Shown in pieces: positions 31,745-43,142 of a DNA stretch of 64,000 bases; within the stretch, counting starts at the first letter, position 1; each line of letters begins with the position of its first letter. The notes under the pieces are model-generated. The model did not search any database and was not told where the DNA came from. It worked only from the letters and a program-made list of their open reading frames with translations. Source of the stretch: Candidatus Latescibacterota bacterium (lineage in GTDB: Bacteria; Latescibacterota; UBA2968; UBA8231). A program made the position numbers and the translations under genes. The stretch spans positions 3,104,001 to 3,168,000 of the forward strand of contig OZ242318.1 of the NCBI GenBank assembly GCA_965208105.1, read 5' to 3'.

Positions 31745-33058
31745 CTAAACGCCTCCTAAAACAACTTTCCTCCAATCTGGGGATCCGCCCTCTTTAATTC
31801 TTTTTAGTATCCCTTTGCGACATATGTTTTGAGCCTCAAGGAGAAGATTTTGATTTTCTGGAGTGGCGCCTATGTTACCCGTATGAATAGACTTTGAGGC
31901 CTTTGAGTATGCTTTTCTGAGTGTATTAAAAATTCTAACGCGGTCATTATAATTTTTCCCTAAAAACCATGACCCGTTGGTTGCAATTCGAAAACCGTAC
32001 TCGCTTGGATTGCCGGTATCGATATAAAACAGTGATTCCATTACGATCCTGAGCTCGATAAACTGATCCGAGATGGTTTGGGTTGTAAATTTTGAATTAA
32101 TCCACCTGAATATTACTGAGGATATATTGTCTTTGTTTTTTAAAGCGATCAGATCAATATAAATTTCTAGGGCCATTTCAAATTCTTTTTTGGTCAAGTT
32201 CCGGGATTTAGGCTTTTCAGAGATTGCGTATGCTTTTTTGTATCGATAAGATTCAGATCCTTTAAGTAGAAACTCTCTTAAATACCCCAGGTCTGACCAA
32301 TCCATTTTAAATCTGACGCAATGATTGTAGGATAGGGCCAAGGCGTCACCAAACACCTCAGCATCTATTTCTGGCACTACTTTCTCGCCAACCCATCGCT
32401 TTTTAAAATCAACATTATTTGACAATGGACTGAAAAACACCGGCGCAGCAGTGCAATTAAATGACAACTTGGCATATCCTACTGATAAATTTTCATGTCT
32501 AAACATTCTCACAGATTTGTCGTATTCAATGTTTGCCTCTAATCCTTCAATTTCTATCCCTGTTTTTAACTCTAAAATTTGTCCCGGCTCAAGGCCAATG
32601 CCGGTCAACAATGCACAGTATTGGTAGTGGAATGGTTCTCCGGCAATCCAACCTTGAAAAATTCCTACTGCACGGTCAGTTCCAAGTGTTGATGCAGCCC
32701 TAAGTAAACCTAAAGAAAGATTATCTATAGCATACTCGGGCATAGGTTCCATGTTTGCAAAGTAAGACAACCCAGTCTTGATTTCTCCGGTTGCAGGATC
32801 AATATATGGGCTGAGAAATGTCTTTAGTTCGCTGGAAATTAAATTGAGATTTTCCTTTGTGGGAAGGGGAGCTGCTTGTCGTATTATAGAATGAGAGTCT
32901 TCAGAATTTCTGTGGTAATGATCTTTTATGTCCTGCGCAGACATGGATTTACACAATGGACTTATTGAAAATTCGGTTTGGGGCAAAATTTCATTTATAA
33001 GCTTCACTAGCTTTTCCATGTTTCGCTCCAGTGTGTTGTCATTGAATTTCCGGGACAT
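31745..33058 (-). CDS. ApeA-like HEPN domain protein
   Basis: AT-rich gene; C-terminal DQFIELRIVMESLF...FRIA...WFLG...AYSKASKSIHTG; start 33058 or 33019 (the longer ORF runs into an IS end). Confidence 0.7.
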   Translation of the reverse strand: MSRKFNDNTLERNMEKLVKLINEILPQTEFSISPLCKSMSAQDIKDHYHRNSEDSHSIIRQAAPLPTKENLNLISSELKTFLSPYIDPATGEIKTGLSYFANMEPMPEYAIDNLSLGLLRAASTLGTDRAVGIFQGWIAGEPFHYQYCALLTGIGLEPGQILELKTGIEIEGLEANIEYDKSVRMFRHENLSVGYAKLSFNCTAAPVFFSPLSNNVDFKKRWVGEKVVPEIDAEVFGDALALSYNHCVRFKMDWSDLGYLREFLLKGSESYRYKKAYAISEKPKSRNLTKKEFEMALEIYIDLIALKNKDNISSVIFRWINSKFTTQTISDQFIELRIVMESLFYIDTGNPSEYGFRIATNGSWFLGKNYNDRVRIFNTLRKAYSKASKSIHTGNIGATPENQNLLLEAQNICRKGILKRIKEGGSPDWRKVVLGGV

Positions 33059-33110
33059 TTCCGAAAGTTGTGGATCGTGAGTTTTCGTTACTCGGGGTAG
33101 CGGCCTAAAG

Positions 33111-33250
33111 TGGAGTTGACCCGGTTTGGTGGGTACCTTATCACTTGATGAAAAGAAGCCCTCCATGCCTAAATCACGTATTCCCTATCCCCCCGAATTT
33201 CGCCAGCAGATGGTCGAGTTGGTCCACTCCAGACGCTCGCCTGGCTCCTT
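33111..33250 (+). mobile_element. IS3 family 5' remnant
   Basis: TGGAGTTGACCCGGTTTGGTGG end plus MPKSRIPYPPEFRQQMVELV; related copies at ~36207-36300, 46657-46755 (-) and 63475-63590. Confidence 0.8.
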
Positions 33251-33279
33251 GGCATGCTGGGTCAGGGAGTATAGGAGTC

Positions 33280-34191
33280 CTATCCTCGATCCTTCTCTTC
33301 CAAACTTTGGGGCGGTGATCGTGTCAGCTCACCCACCATGAGGAGCAACGCTTCGCACATTCTCACCAGAGCCAGCGCCTCAGCACTTGTGAACACGCTG
33401 CTTCGGCCATAATCGTGGTGGTTCATACTGGCCAGTTGCATGATGGAGGATACAATTCGTCCGTACTGCTCGCCGCGTCTTTTGTCGGTACATGCCGTCA
33501 GATGGTCGGTGATCCTTCCGTACTCTTGATCCTGCAGGTTCCTATCCAAGGCCTCTACTAACAGACGGCAGATGCCGACTGCCTTAGACGGGTCGCTCGA
33601 AACAAGTGCATGGGCAGCATTGAGGTAATCTACTGCACCCTGCAGACTCCCTCCTTCCTTCAGGATCCTGCGTATCTCAATTACGTCGAAGTCCTTGTAG
33701 CCGGATGCCGACAAAAACGCGAGCCACATGTCGGTAGGCACTTCGAACCGCCACGGGCGTTGGATAATGGGTTCGAGGACTCCATTTATTAACCACGATC
33801 CGGTCAAATCCATCCAGAAGGTAGGGGGTGCGGCGCCCCGCTCGACCTCTAAGCGACTCAGGATATGGTGAGGAACATCGCAGCACATCGTGAACGTGTG
33901 CTCCAAAGGGTACGCTGCCGAACGGAGGGTCTGAAGACCCTTCGGAATGGATAGATCGCCAATCACGGGGCCGGTTTCGGATTGCCAGCGTAGTTGGCCG
34001 CCAAGGGCTGCGATACTGAACCCAACAAGACCATTCAAGGATTCCCCGGACGCGGGTATTTCCTGAATTTGACACCCTGCCGAAAGCTCAATGCGTGGCT
34101 GAAAAGCGACATCGGCTGCGATCCGGCTCACCCAGACTGTCCCCAGCCGGTAATTGAGTAGGAGCAAGTCACCCTGGCCCAGTCTGGACAT
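33280..34191 (-). CDS. hypothetical protein, paralogue of 54214-55095, HEPN-like C-terminus
   Basis: Aligns full length with 54214-55095; AVG.CR..VEAL...QLAS.NHH motif. Confidence 0.85.
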   Translation of the reverse strand: MSRLGQGDLLLLNYRLGTVWVSRIAADVAFQPRIELSAGCQIQEIPASGESLNGLVGFSIAALGGQLRWQSETGPVIGDLSIPKGLQTLRSAAYPLEHTFTMCCDVPHHILSRLEVERGAAPPTFWMDLTGSWLINGVLEPIIQRPWRFEVPTDMWLAFLSASGYKDFDVIEIRRILKEGGSLQGAVDYLNAAHALVSSDPSKAVGICRLLVEALDRNLQDQEYGRITDHLTACTDKRRGEQYGRIVSSIMQLASMNHHDYGRSSVFTSAEALALVRMCEALLLMVGELTRSPPQSLEEKDRG

Positions 34192-34535
34192 TACTTCGCC
34201 TTTGCCGGGAAGATGGTTTCGAACCAACTAGCATTTGCTACGATTTTGGAACCCATCCTCTGAAATCCTTCTATTTTTGATATATAAAGGATCAAGATAA
34301 AGGATCAAGGGGTTTCAGCCATGTCAAGCTCTGGAGGATGTGATGAATCGGTGGTGTGATTATCTGGCAAGACGCGAGAGCTAAAAGAAGGGCCGAGAAA
34401 ACAAGGCGAAATGGGTCCCCCACCTCACAAAAATGTCCAACGAAGGAATAATGATGTGGTTGTTGACCAGCAGCAATATAACCAATTGCTATCGTTACCA
34501 ATTGGAGGTTGAGCTGGAAATTCGAAGGAACAGAA

Positions 34536-35960
34536 GGGTAATGTCCTAGGTTTTCTGCAAAAAGCGACAGCGTGAAGTACCTTCCAAAGGAGTTTCCACA
34601 AAAACCTTTGACGCCCTCGATGGGCAGGAAGGAGATCACGCTGTCATGCGCAAAATACAACCCAGCGACCGACTTCGCAAAGAAATTCAGACCTTTTTTC
34701 AGGACATGGGATCGGCCGAGGACGGAGCGCAAGCCCTCAGCGAGCTCGTGCGTCTGGCCTCCACCCTGATGGTGCAGGAAGGCCTGGAAGCCGAGCAGGC
34801 GGATTTTGTCGGCCGCCCGCACTACCAGCGCGGTGAGGGCAACGGCTACCGCAGCGGGTATAAACCGGGGCATCTGGACACCGCCGAGGGACGGCTCCGG
34901 ATAGATCTGCCCCAGGTCCGCCAAGCCCACAAGCCCTTTCACTCGAAGCTGTTCGAGCTGCTCCAGGGCGATTCCGAAATGCTCGAGCACCTGGCCACCG
35001 AGATGTATGCCCGGGGCTTGTCGACCCGTGACATCGAGGCGGCCTTCACCGACGAGCAGGGCGTCTACCTGCTGTCACGCACCGGCGTCAGCGAGGTCAC
35101 CGAAGCGCTGTGGGAGGAATACGAGGCCTTCCAACAACGGGATCTGCGGAATATCCCCGTGTTGTATGTGTTCCTCGACGGCCTCTATGAGCCCTTGCGC
35201 CTGCATGGGATCGGGCAAGAAGCGGTGTTGTGCGCCTGGGCGAACACCACCGAGGGGGACAAGGTGTTGTTGTCGTTGGCCCTGGGCAAGAAGGAGAGCT
35301 TCGATGCCTGGCTTTCCTTCCTGCGCGACCTGGTGAGCCGAGGCCTGCCGGTGCCGTTGACTATCACCAGCGACGGCGCCCCCGGGCTATTGCGGGCCAT
35401 CGACCAGGTGTGGCCCGACAGCTGGCGCATACGCTGCTGGGTACATCGCATGCGCAACTTCCAGTCGAAGGTGCCCGATCATCTCTGGCCTGAGATCAAG
35501 GCGCATCTGACCGCCATTCGAGATGCGCCCACGCGCGAAGCGGGAGAGGCGGCCGCCGGCGATGTGTTGACCCGCTTCGGCCAGGATTGTCCGAGCCTGT
35601 GCGCCGTGCTCAGCGAGGATCTGGAGGCCCTGCTCAACCACCTGCGCGTGCCCTGGCGCCATCGAAAATACGTACGCACCACCAACCTGATTGAACGCAG
35701 TTTCGTGGAAGAGCGACGGCGTACCAAAACCATACCCCGCTTCTTCAACGAAAAGAGCTGCCTGAAGCTCGTCCACGCACCCTTGATCCGGGCGGCCGGC
35801 ACCTGGCAACGCATCGGGATCACGGCGACGGAGAGGGCCCAGCTGGATCTCTTATACCAGGAGTTGAAGATCGAACCGGCTACCGAAAGGAGGGCGGTAG
35901 CCGGATAGGAAGGGGACTTCGTGCTGCCATCACTTTTGCAGAAATCTCAGGACTTGACCC
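34536..35960 (+). mobile_element. IS256 family element (transposase 34646-35908)
   Basis: GYRSGY, PQVR, MYARGLSTRDI, VFLDG, SDGAPGL, RCWVH, RTTNLIER.F.E.RRR motifs; TIRs GGGTAATGTCCTAGG / GGGTCAAGTCCTGAG; no target duplication seen. Confidence 0.92.
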
Positions 35961-36506
35961 AATGATGGCCGCCAGCATGTAGAGCAGGGTAGCAATGTAG
36001 TCCCACAAATCCAGCATGGATACCAGACCTCCCTGTCTCCTGCCTTCCATGGTTTGCCCCCGGCTTCACTTGAGCCGGACCGTTTTGCCAACTTCGCGCC
36101 ATCCTGCTGGAAATCCTTGCCTATTTGCCCTCGGATGTAGCTGGCTCCCGTCTTTGCGGACTATCGAATCCCGGATTTTCCTGCTACAAGGTGACCCTTA
36201 GGAATCTGGAGTTGTCCCGGTTGGCGGGAACCTGACCGCTTGATGAAAGGAGCTCTCCTTGCCTGAGTCACGTATGGCCTATCCCGCCAAATTTCGCTCG
36301 CCATGGATTCTCGGTGATTATGATCGGGAAATCCAAGACGGAACGAGTGCCGCCGGACCGCTTGGTGGATAATGAGGTTGAACCAAATCTCCACCTGGTT
36401 GGCCTGCCCCATATGTGATGTCCGTCTCTGAGTTGGTTCCGGAAGTTTTGCGCCCCGGCCGCCCACCACGGCGTTAGGGTGGCTTGAAAGGTCGAAACGG
36501 ACCACC

Positions 36507-36689
36507 TTACCGGGGCGCTGCTTGCTTTTGAACTACTGGATGTATCTGAGCATCCTGAATGGTTCGTATTTCTTCCAGGCACTGCTTTTTTGTCGACAAC
36601 GGGTCAGACTCGAGGAAGACCTCCCCGGTCGGAGTCCTCAGCTGCCAATACCACAATATCCCGTTATTCGTGGAGATGTAGAAACGCAT
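36507..36689 (-). CDS. DUF1508/YegP-like small protein
   Basis: F.I....G.WYWQL....GEV..ES.....K..C...I pattern. Confidence 0.65.
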   Translation of the reverse strand: MRFYISTNNGILWYWQLRTPTGEVFLESDPLSTKKQCLEEIRTIQDAQIHPVVQKQAAPR

Positions 36690-37447
36690 CAATCCCTGTC
36701 CTTCTTCTCGGCCTTCCGCTTTTCGTAGGACCTCCGGGCGTAAAGAAAGATGCATTGATTCTTCCTCGGAGAAGCTGTCTGGAAGTATAATAGCCGGGAC
36801 ATCGACAACAGCTTGGATGCGTTCCTATACGCTTGCTTCAAGTAAGAAGTCTCGACAGGCCCGTAGCTGTTCGAGTTGCCGTTGGTGCCTCTTTTTTGCC
36901 CGACGCCGAGAGTAGGGCTTGGCCAGCCATTTGAAGGTCTTTGTTTGGGGGAAAAGGAATCGGACGATGAGCAGAATTTTTGCTGCGGTATCCGCATCCA
37001 TAGCGAGGCTCCTCGGTCGGAAGGTGATAAAGGGTCTTGGTTCAGGGAGGCCAGCCCTGTTTCATTGACATGTCCCCAGGATTCGAGAGAAGGCAGTAAA
37101 GGTGATGGTGTCATATCCCGACATTTCCGGGGTTTCCAGGAAGGTTCGGACTTCTGTGAAGATGCTGCTCATAGGGGCAATACCCAGGGGGAACGCCTCA
37201 CATCCGGGACAGGAGATGTACCATTCGCCCAATTTTTGCTTGAAGTACAGCTTGAACTACATGGGTCGATGATGAACTTGTCTATTTCAGCGTCAAATTT
37301 TGCATCGGCCACATACCTTTCTTCCATTCGAGGACTTTCCGTGACCTTTGGGATGGGACTTGCGACCGTTGCTTCGGGCTCATGGATCAAGGCCCAGAAG
37401 CCGGTCCCGAGCAAGAATCCGATGGTAGTGAAACCTGCGCACATCAT
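36689..37447 (-). pseudogene. probable frameshifted membrane-anchored hypothetical gene
   Basis: N-terminal TM-bearing ORF 37169-37447 and downstream ORF 36689-37114 abutting the next gene. Confidence 0.35.
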
Positions 37448-37590
37448 TCCTCATTGTGCCCTTTCCATGATCTACTCCTTGAGAAAAATTAATCGCCCCG
37501 GCCACATGTTTTCATCAGGATCTTTGTGACGAGGGACCACAGGTAAATCGCTCCACCGGGGCGATGAACAAGCCCTGACTTGGCAGTTTT

Positions 37591-38211
37591 CTACCTGCCA
37601 AGAAAATTCTCCTTTATCTCCCCCCAAGATAGATGGCTTACGGCGGTAGGAATCCGGGAAAAGACTACGGGTTTGCCCGCTGGAGCGGTATCCTTGCCGA
37701 GCAGGAAACCATCCATTTCAAGTTGGTTTCCGCTCACCTTGTAGGCAACGGGAGTATTGTCTATCTCCACCTCGAAGAAGTCTACATATATTTCCGTGAA
37801 TATTTGAATGAAATCTTCCCCATATCCCAGTTGATGGGCAACATCGGCAATAAATTCCCCCGCGTTTATCCCATTTAACAACACTTGATAGTCGGTAAAC
37901 TGGGTGGATATCATGCCGTTTTCAGTGGTGTAGGGGCTGGAAGAATATAATGACAGGGAGGAAATGGGCTCTACTTCGCTGACATCCACCGTGTCTCCTA
38001 TCCCCTCTACATAATTCTTCCAAACATGGGGATCGTTTACCTCAAAGACTATTTCCAGCTCCAGGCTATCGGGAGCAAAGCTGAGAGTAGCCGTAAGGCC
38101 TTCTACGTCGTGGCTCCAGTTCCAGGATCCCAACAGATTCTGGTCATTTTCCTGGGCCATGGCAGGGGAAGAGACGAGAAGAAACGGCAGAAGAGAAAAA
38201 ACCTTGAACAT
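37591..38211 (-). CDS. secreted lipocalin-like protein with C-terminal PTAVSHLSWGEIK motif
   Basis: AAGGAGG RBS, signal peptide ending AMA, LLGSW motif, C-terminal tag. Confidence 0.8.
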   Translation of the reverse strand: MFKVFSLLPFLLVSSPAMAQENDQNLLGSWNWSHDVEGLTATLSFAPDSLELEIVFEVNDPHVWKNYVEGIGDTVDVSEVEPISSLSLYSSSPYTTENGMISTQFTDYQVLLNGINAGEFIADVAHQLGYGEDFIQIFTEIYVDFFEVEIDNTPVAYKVSGNQLEMDGFLLGKDTAPAGKPVVFSRIPTAVSHLSWGEIKENFLGR

Positions 38212-38346
38212 GATACACCTCCTTAGAGGAATGGAGACATGGGAACACGAGGTAGCTTCTCCGCCCAATCCAAAGCCAAAGTCGCCTTGGAGGCCTACGC
38301 CCGGCGCGGGGCGGTATGAACGGGGTTGGCCAAGCTTCCTTTCGGG

Positions 38347-39249
38347 TCAGGGAAGGGTAAACGGATCGGCTTGGGTCGGGTCCACTCTATACCCCATATC
38401 GGCCAGGGACTGAATGGTAATCGCACTCAGGAAATAGGGATAATCGGCATCTACGTTGGAAGCCATCAACTCGTTCCCGAAGACGCTGCCGCGCCAATGG
38501 CCGTCATCTCCTCCATTAGCGACAGGAACCTTGTTCCCCTTGTAGGACTCTCCCCCTGCAGCATTGAAAGCCCCCACAGCCAGGGGACCGGAGAAATGGG
38601 TATCGGCGTCCGGGTTGCTCCTGGAGGGCTCTTTTAAAAGGTCTTCTGTCCATGCGGTACCGAATCCCAGGGCATGCCCCAGCTCGTGAAGCAAGACCAT
38701 TTCCAGGACGTTCTTGGATTCATCCAGCAGAGATTCTGCGAGTATGACAAAGCTGAGGATGGGCAATCCGTTAGCAGCCCGCCACTCGTGTACTCCTCCC
38801 CAGGCACCTCCTGTGATGCCCGGATCTGTGGTTATCATCACGGCTACATCATCAACCACGTTGTCGATTACCACGCGGCCGGAGCGGGCGGTTCCCCATT
38901 CGAAATCCCGCTCGGTGTCAAAGGGTACGGGGGAGTAATCAACATCGGGGATACCTTCAACAACAATGCTTTCCCATCGCTGGGCTGCCTTGCGCACCAG
39001 GGCCACCTGAGAGTCGTTGAGGCGATGGTCGGGAAGGAAGATCAGCTCAAGGGTGAAGCCCTCCTCCGAGGGCGTCGCTTCCTGGGAAGTCTCTTCTGTG
39101 GGCGCAGCTTCCGAGACGGGCGATCCTGTGGCCGGCTCGGATGCTTCGGTACTTTCCGGAGACCCGTCCGGAGCTGCCGGCGGGTTGCTGGATCGGTCAC
39201 ATCCCATCAACGCAAGCAAGAGGATGATCCACATCACTTTTTCTCCCAT
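38347..39249 (-). CDS. lipoprotein, leishmanolysin-like (peptidase M8) zinc metalloprotease
   Basis: Lipobox ALMGC; AAQRWESI, LHELGHALGFG, HF.G..A, GHWR..VFGNELM, SAITIQSLADMGY motifs. Confidence 0.85.
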   Translation of the reverse strand: MGEKVMWIILLLALMGCDRSSNPPAAPDGSPESTEASEPATGSPVSEAAPTEETSQEATPSEEGFTLELIFLPDHRLNDSQVALVRKAAQRWESIVVEGIPDVDYSPVPFDTERDFEWGTARSGRVVIDNVVDDVAVMITTDPGITGGAWGGVHEWRAANGLPILSFVILAESLLDESKNVLEMVLLHELGHALGFGTAWTEDLLKEPSRSNPDADTHFSGPLAVGAFNAAGGESYKGNKVPVANGGDDGHWRGSVFGNELMASNVDADYPYFLSAITIQSLADMGYRVDPTQADPFTLP

Positions 39250-39400
39250 GGCAGTTTGAAATCGGTTTCTGGCGCTTGGACATGTGCTTCATTTTCTTGC
39301 GGCATTCCCCGTATCACGTAACCCGGCGTCCCTTCGAACGAAATCGTTTCCCGCAAAGACAGAAGAAACCTCTCTGGGGGAGTAGGATGCGAGTGGCCAT

Positions 39401-40051
39401 TTACTGGAATTTCTTCTTGACCGCTGCCCAGGTAGAGGAGGTGACGGCGGTAGCCGTCGCCCTCTGGATGAATTCCCTCAGGGCGACGGTGCCGTCTTCC
39501 AAGGTGTCGAAAACCCACAGCCTACCGTGTTCAATGCGGTAGGTGCCTACCAGCCCGGAGTGTCCCACGAAGAAGAATGTGCGCTCGAAGTTTCCAATTA
39601 ACTCTGCGACGACTCCCTCCTCGTAGGCAGCCCAGTCCTCGGGCCAGTACCCGGTCATCTTGGCCATATGATGGGCCAGCCATTGGCCTGCTAGCGTCAG
39701 GATGGCCGCCAGGGAGTCTCGGTTCAGTGTTTCGTCTACTTCGGTGACGTCGAGAAACAAACTGTCGCCCGCCGTCCGGTAGGTTCCCGAACCCAGGACA
39801 ACGAGATCCCGGTCAATCTGGACCTCGAACTCTCCGTCACCGGCCGGCAGATCCTGGTTCGGCAGGACGATGTTCTGATGCAGCTCGAAGCGGTTGTCGG
39901 TTTTGAAGGTGAACCGAATCGTGGCCTCCATGACAGGCTCGTCCGTGAACAGATCGTCCATGGAGTAGACCGCCTCCCAAACACCGATGAGCTCCTCGTC
40001 GGCAAGTGCGAAAACAGGCGACAGGACGATTAACCATGCGAGGGGTTTCAT
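39401..40051 (-). CDS. secreted lipocalin-like protein with C-terminal TAVTSSTWAAVK motif
   Basis: Signal peptide; LIGVW, GTYR..GD.L motifs; C-terminal tag. Confidence 0.8.
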   Translation of the reverse strand: MKPLAWLIVLSPVFALADEELIGVWEAVYSMDDLFTDEPVMEATIRFTFKTDNRFELHQNIVLPNQDLPAGDGEFEVQIDRDLVVLGSGTYRTAGDSLFLDVTEVDETLNRDSLAAILTLAGQWLAHHMAKMTGYWPEDWAAYEEGVVAELIGNFERTFFFVGHSGLVGTYRIEHGRLWVFDTLEDGTVALREFIQRATATAVTSSTWAAVKKKFQ

Positions 40052-40160
40052 ATTTCTGCTTTCGTTGAGTTAACGGAGAACCCGGCCAGGAGGGGGAGGG
40101 CCGCCACACGGAAGGCCGATATTATTGGGAATTATACCAAAGGTACCGATTCCTTTCCCA

Positions 40161-41948
40161 CTAATCAGCAATTGAGATAGAACCAGGCTCGACGTACATG
40201 TCCGTGAAAATGTCTTCAACGTTGGTGCCATCAAGATCAGCTCGATGCAACCCCTGGACTCTCTTTTGGCCGATGCTGGCTGGGGCGCGGCTACCCCAGT
40301 ATATCTTTTGAGTGGCCTCGTGGATGTGCAAGGCGGTGACTTCTCCGGGGACTTCAAGCAACGTCTCTGCATTTGTGCCATCTAAGTTGCAACGACGTAT
40401 CATGTCCCTCCCCGAAGATTTGTATTCGGCCCAGTATACTTTTCGACGCACGGAATCAACATCGATGTGCCAAGTCAGACCGGCCTGAGAATCATGGTCG
40501 TAATCTTGCGTGTATACGTCGCTTTTCAGCCCTGTGCCGTCGAGATTCATCGAGTGCAACAAATGGTATCTGCTTAGACTCTGGGCCTCTAAATCGTAGT
40601 CGGACCTCACGGCGAACCAATAAAGTTTCTGTCCCATCGGGTCCAAGGCAATGTCTCCGAAATGTTCATGAGTAATAGAAACATGGTTGGCATCCCCGTC
40701 CGACCCACTCGTGTCGACCTTCAGAAGGGTGTCTATTTGAGTCCCATCCAGATTTGCCTTGAGGATCAATTCTACATGTTCGTCATATATTCGGTCACTC
40801 CAATAGACCTTCCCTTCATCTACATTTAAAGCCATCCCGAAAGGCTCGGAGCAGTCGACCACCTTTTCAGAGTTGGCTCCATCCAAATCACTGCGGATGA
40901 GGGCGCTCTGACCCTCGTGATAGTCGGGGGCATCCACCCAGTAAATCTTGCCGTTCACCAAGTCCAAGTCTATCTCCCATGCGCGCGGCCATTCCAGGAT
41001 TGTAGTGACTTCTGAACCATCCAATTTGCTCCGAAAAATCCTATTCCAGCGCGTCGCAGACCAATAGATGTATCCTCCCAGGATCGAGGAACCAACGTCC
41101 TGCTGGTCGGCATGGTCCAGTTCATCATACTCATTGCCTTTTGACCCAACGGTTACGGCGTAGGTTTTGAGGACATCCCCCGAAGCATGATCCTTCAGGA
41201 TGACGGACGTGCTGCCTGTCGCACAACCGGACAGATGCAGTTTGTAGTTATTTCGACGGGCCCGGTAAGGACTATCCTCTCTCTCCGGACCGCAATACGT
41301 TCTCCCGGGTGGGATGCGGCCACCGGCAATTTCAAGGACCATATCGGTGCCTGGACCGTTGACTATGACCTTGAGCGAGTCGGCATTGGTTTGCACGGTG
41401 AATGTATGCCAGACATGGACCTCGTTGAAAATCTCAATCGTACTGGGGTCCGGCGTTAAAATCGCAGTCAACTTCATACTTATCACCGCTCCGATCCCAT
41501 AGGTGTTACTGAAATTCGGGTCGTACAAATAGGAGCCCAACAGGGTAGCATCCACAGGGTCCACCTGGCTATCCTTGTTGATGTCCAGCAGATATTCATT
41601 CAGTGCCACCGGGTATTCATCGGGCATCGTGATATACCCGTAGAGGTAGAGAAGATCTCGCACGTCAACCTGGCCATCATCGGTTATATCTCCCAGGAGA
41701 CGTTGGGGCGACAGAGTTTTGGCAGTTGGGGGAACGGGCGCAGGGCGCTCACGATCTTCCTGCTCAATATCGGGAACGAGAGACAACATCAATTCCGCCG
41801 CGGGGGGAATGGATGAAAGGTCTATGGGTACATTCGGACGCGCCGGCGCTGATGGGGCCTTGTCTCCGCAAGCTACCAGACCCAATGTGCACAGAGAAAC
41901 GAAAAGCGAAAAACGCGCAAGGGGTTGCATTCCCAAACAATACCTCAT
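40161..41948 (-). CDS. lipoprotein with dockerin domain and LDL-receptor class B (YWTD) repeats
   Basis: Lipobox LVAC; GDITDDGQVDVRD / DINKDSQVDPVD; repeated K[IVL]YW..., R.NLDG units. Confidence 0.85.
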   Translation of the reverse strand: MRYCLGMQPLARFSLFVSLCTLGLVACGDKAPSAPARPNVPIDLSSIPPAAELMLSLVPDIEQEDRERPAPVPPTAKTLSPQRLLGDITDDGQVDVRDLLYLYGYITMPDEYPVALNEYLLDINKDSQVDPVDATLLGSYLYDPNFSNTYGIGAVISMKLTAILTPDPSTIEIFNEVHVWHTFTVQTNADSLKVIVNGPGTDMVLEIAGGRIPPGRTYCGPEREDSPYRARRNNYKLHLSGCATGSTSVILKDHASGDVLKTYAVTVGSKGNEYDELDHADQQDVGSSILGGYIYWSATRWNRIFRSKLDGSEVTTILEWPRAWEIDLDLVNGKIYWVDAPDYHEGQSALIRSDLDGANSEKVVDCSEPFGMALNVDEGKVYWSDRIYDEHVELILKANLDGTQIDTLLKVDTSGSDGDANHVSITHEHFGDIALDPMGQKLYWFAVRSDYDLEAQSLSRYHLLHSMNLDGTGLKSDVYTQDYDHDSQAGLTWHIDVDSVRRKVYWAEYKSSGRDMIRRCNLDGTNAETLLEVPGEVTALHIHEATQKIYWGSRAPASIGQKRVQGLHRADLDGTNVEDIFTDMYVEPGSISIAD

Positions 41949-41960
41949 TTTAACGTGCTT

Positions 41961-42836
41961 TCACCTTTCATAAATAAATTTTGCCCCGGCCGCGCTCGGT
42001 GGGGACTCCTGAATTTTTTTTGAGGCGCTTTCTGCCGCCACAACCGGCTTGGAAGCGGACTCATTGCGCCATGGCTCGATAACACGGTCATAGACCAGGG
42101 TATCGCCGTAGCTGTCCGTCATGGTGAGCACATCGCCGACCACCGCGAAAGTGAATTCCTCCTCGTTCAATTCAATGAAGAAGGTCTCCTCCTCGAATTC
42201 GGCGGCATAGTCAGCGAGGAATTGGCCGATGAATTCCTCTTCATACTTCTCGCGTTCTTCGGGAGGAATGCCCTCCTGTTCGGCGACTAAATTGGCCAGC
42301 GCAATGGCTATCTCCAGGAAGTAGTCGAAGGGGTCCGCGCCATTGATCAAAATGCTGGTGTGCTCGACGTGGGGATAGATGACGTCGCCTTCCACGCGAT
42401 ATGCTCCAGCTCCATGTGCCTGCAGAATCTCCAACACAGGAAATTCGAACTCATCGAAATCATAGAGCTCTTCCAGAGCAAGCTCCCAGAAGTTGATTTC
42501 AGAGAAATCGAAGTAGTATTGGACGCGCAAGGCGCTGTCGGCCGCGAAGGTGAAGGTTATATTGCCCGGGAATCCCGCCTCCTCAGATATGTCGACAAAC
42601 CAAGTGCCGTAGAGGGCATCAAGGCCTGCAACAGTATCGGCGGGCGCGGGAACGGTTATTCTGTGCCCGTCCAGCAACCAGGCATAGCGCCCATCGGGGG
42701 CGCTGGCAACGCGATTAGCCGATGCCGTCAGCCCGGGATTGATCTTGGCCGCGGGCTCCCGGGGAGCCGTAGGTATTTCACGATCTGCACAGGCCACCCA
42801 GCCCAGAAGCAACGTGCTCAAAAAAAGGAGTCTCAT
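41961..42836 (-). CDS. acidic lipoprotein with lipocalin-like domain
   Basis: Lipobox VAC; LYGTW, GAYRVEGD motifs shared with 39401-40051. Confidence 0.8.
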   Translation of the reverse strand: MRLLFLSTLLLGWVACADREIPTAPREPAAKINPGLTASANRVASAPDGRYAWLLDGHRITVPAPADTVAGLDALYGTWFVDISEEAGFPGNITFTFAADSALRVQYYFDFSEINFWELALEELYDFDEFEFPVLEILQAHGAGAYRVEGDVIYPHVEHTSILINGADPFDYFLEIAIALANLVAEQEGIPPEEREKYEEEFIGQFLADYAAEFEEETFFIELNEEEFTFAVVGDVLTMTDSYGDTLVYDRVIEPWRNESASKPVVAAESASKKIQESPPSAAGAKFIYER

Positions 42837-43142
42837 GAGTTTCCGCCTTTATGGGAAGTGATGGAATTTACTGTTCACTCTGGTCACTTTGGGCCCTTGG
42901 GGCGTCGATATCCTCTCAGCTGTTCCAGCCTTATTGCAGGTCTGCACCGAGCGCAATACTTTGCGTTGCCGTGCGAGTGAGTTATATCCCTTCGGCAACG
43001 CAGACAGAAGCGAGGCTAGAACGGATTGACCATCAGAGATTTCATTGCTCCGGACCGCGACCCTCAGCGCGACGGGCAGTAAGGAGGTCCATCAAAACCG
43101 CCCTGCCGGAGCACTTCGAATGGGACATATGCATGCCTTTTT

